Origin: Auanema rhodensis
Taxonomy: Eukaryota > Animalia > Nematoda
NCBI GenBank assembly: GCA_964057225.1
Contig: OZ059899.1
Coordinates: 5,518,001 to 5,582,000, forward strand
Length of the DNA: 64,000 nt
Direction of reading: 5' to 3'
The notes under the pieces were generated by a model, which was not told the origin of the DNA, made no database searches, and saw only the letters and a list, made by a program, of their open reading frames with translations. The translations under genes and the position numbers were made by a program. Below, piece by piece: positions 61,001 through 64,000 of this stretch. The first letter of the stretch is position 1. Each line of letters starts with the position of its first letter.

Positions 61001-64000
61001 TTATTAGACTTCATTTGATCGTTGATTTATCAGATTTTTTGATATATTTATAATAATTTATATAAAATTCTTTTTTATTTTAATAAAATATGAATATTAT
61101 TTTTATAAAATACATATGTATATACGTATATTTATCATATATCTATATATAGATATACGTATACGTAAAGATATTTGGTTGAAGTCATTTGCTTTTTCAA
61201 ATCTTCAGAATTTCAAATATGTTTTTTTGCTAGTAAACTGTGCTACACAACATAAGATAAAGTAAGATATACACTATGTATAAAGAACAAAAAAGAAAAG
61301 AAACAACTTCTTATCTGTATATATGCTTGTTACTTCATAGAACAAAGCATGAAGTTTGAAATTGTTGACTTCTCTTTCTTCATTCTGACTTATTCATAAC
61401 TTAGTTTATTTTTTAATTTTTTTTTCGCTCTCTCTCTCTCTCTTTTTCTCTGATTATTCATATCTTCTTCTCTTCTTATTCTCACACATCCGCTCAATTT
61501 TATTACCATACTCAGTAGTATATTCTGTATTTTGTTTGTGGTCAGAGGTGGGATGTCCTGTTTTTTCCGTACAAGACCCAACCTTTCCTATATTTTCATA
61601 CACCTCATCAAAGTTGTTTTGAGGTTTACAAGCAAGAGAATATGATGTTAAATGCATTGACCAAAATGATGTAAAGGAATGTCGGTGGAAATAATAACTG
61701 AAGCGAGAAAGGTAGAGCAGATGCTCATACTTTAAGGTACAAAAAGAATGAATTTTGTGTCGATTTTTTCGCCCAAAATTGCAATCTATTTTCCTCTACC
61801 TCCGCTCTCTCATCCTCTCGTTCTCTTCCTTATCCTCGTGTTTTCTCTCGTTCTCTATCCATTCGTTTTCATTTTTCATTCCACCTCTATCTTTATTTTT
61901 CATAATGCTTTGCAGCAGATTCTCAAAATTTTCAAGCATTTTCGAAAAAAAAAATCTTGTTGTTACTGCAGCTTCAATTTGGCTGTCCACTCATGTTGTT
62001 AGTACTCAATGGACTTTCTCCTCATTATGCTTTGAACTACTAATCCTTTGGTTCAATCTTTTCGTCTTGAGTATTGTGTACTTCTCTAATAATTTTACCT
62101 TCATAACTAAACTTTTATATATTTAAAATTATATATTTAACTATTTTATATAATATAATAATTAAATTTAAATTTAATAGATAATATTTTAAATTTATCA
62201 TGAAAAATATGAATGAACATGTTGTTCCAATAGCATTTAGCTCATAAAAACAGCCTTTTTATCAAGTAAAACCTTTTTCTCTTTGCAAGAGGATCAATTA
62301 GATGATGTTTTGAGTCCCTGTTCTTCGTTTCTTCATCCGTATTGAGGAAGATACGCAGAAAAACATTGCTCAGTTGATGGACATGACAAAGACAAAGCAT
62401 ATGAACAAGAAATTGAGAAATTTCCTCTGTAACACTTCGTTTTCGTCTTATATCTCACTTTTTTTTGCTTTTAACTTGGTTTTCAAGCTTGCAATGTCAT
62501 CAGATTTCGTCAACCTAATATCTCAAATTGCTAAAATATTTATAAGTATGAGAATATCTAATTTGACATATTTTGTTTATTTTTTTTTACTCCTGAAACA
62601 TACTTAACATTTATATATTTTTTTATTTTTAATATATATATATATAATATAAATTAAAAACTTAAACTCTCTCAAACTTTATTTTAAATTAAATAAAAGA
62701 AATATTTTTGTTTTAAATATATTTTAAATTAAGCGTATTTTGGAGAAAAACTTTATACAAAATTTCTAAAAAATAGGAGATATTCGATTACACTAGAATT
62801 CGAAAGAGTATATGTTATGGCCATATAGGTTATATGATTATGAATTAGAAATTATTCCAAGAATATGGATAAAATCTATTTATCTTCTTATTGTTTTCAC
62901 TAATCCATATGACTCATATTTATTATTTAGCTTTTCAATAAAAGAATTATTACAATACAAAATTATTTTTGTTTTTATAATTAGAAATATTATTCAATTT
63001 TCTATGTAAAATTTAAATATAAATTAAAAAAAAAGTACAAAACTAAAACAACGTTTTTAAGCTTTTTCTACTTATTACCTTTAAACTAGCAATCAAGTTA
63101 TAAAACTACATTGAACATTTGTTTTATGATTTTGTCAAACAAACCATTTAAGCTTTAGAATGAAGTTTTTTCATTAAAGCTCAAACTTCAATGAGCAACA
63201 TGACTTGAAATATAATTATAGATTTCTTTTGATAGTTAGTTTTGAACATTTAACTTAACTTAAATGATAATTATAAGATGTATATATACATATATAGTAT
63301 ATATATATAAATATATAAATATATATTCTATGTATATGTATATGTTGTTCAAAATTCTTTATTCATACTTTCAAGCTATTTTTTGAGCTATAATTGCATA
63401 GTATGGTTTAAGAATACTAACAACTATGTATATATTCATTTTATATAAAAAAAAATAATATTTGTTGTTATTTAGTGGTTAGTGGAGTATTATAGGTAGA
63501 ATAACCATCGAACATATATTTGAATTTATATAATGAAATTTCATTTTCACTTATTATGCTGTAAAAGAAATTTATTTATATTAAACTTTTTTTTTATAAA
63601 TATAATCTAAAAATTAAATAATATATTTAGAATATATACAAGTTTTTATTTATGTTGAACTATATTTTAAATTTGAGATAAGAGAAAATTAAACTATTTA
63701 AAAGAAAAAAGTTCAATTGCATGATGTCAAAAGAATGTTCTGAATGGAAACTTTCCAAAATATCGTAGTTAGCTTTATCTATCTATCAATATTTTTCATT
63801 TGAAACTTTTTTTTTTGTTTCTCATAGATATTTCCTTGTTTTGCTCACAAAGTTAAAGTATTTGAAGCCTTTTGAGTTTAATGAGCCTTCTTTTTTTTGA
63901 GTGTTATTTAAAGAAGTAAAAGAAAAGAAAAAAAAAAAGAAAAAAAGAAAAAAGGGTTATTATTTGAAATTTTCTTTTAAAACTAAATATAATTTAAATG

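Overview
Eukaryotic, very AT-rich nematode-type genomic DNA (rhabditid-like; species not determinable) with many 40-55 nt introns and trans-splice-like acceptors just before start codons. The supplied ORF track is mostly exon fragments, so I spliced the genes by hand. Plus strand: bcat-1, pcyt-1, smg-4/UPF3, sto-5, an FBXW5-like F-box/WD gene, an RCBTB1/2-like gene, a secreted 3xTSP1 protein, a small Cys-rich single-pass membrane protein, an orphan gene with tandem SUMO-interacting-like motifs, and folt-1. Minus strand: rpn-11 and an LDAH-like hydrolase. Two candidate operons are pcyt-1>smg-4 and rpn-11>LDAH. Long non-coding tracts lie at about 15-21.7 kb, 27.1-45.5 kb and 55.1-64 kb. The most intriguing signals are in the 18 kb desert: a 22-mer matching let-7 at 19/22 positions whose minus strand is a near-perfect let-7-complementary site, a dense AGGTCA nuclear-receptor cluster 2-4 kb away, and a two-hairpin element. 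Short introns show strongly relaxed 3' splice sites (TAG, AAG, even GAG). No rRNA, tRNA, CRISPR or autonomous transposon was recognised.
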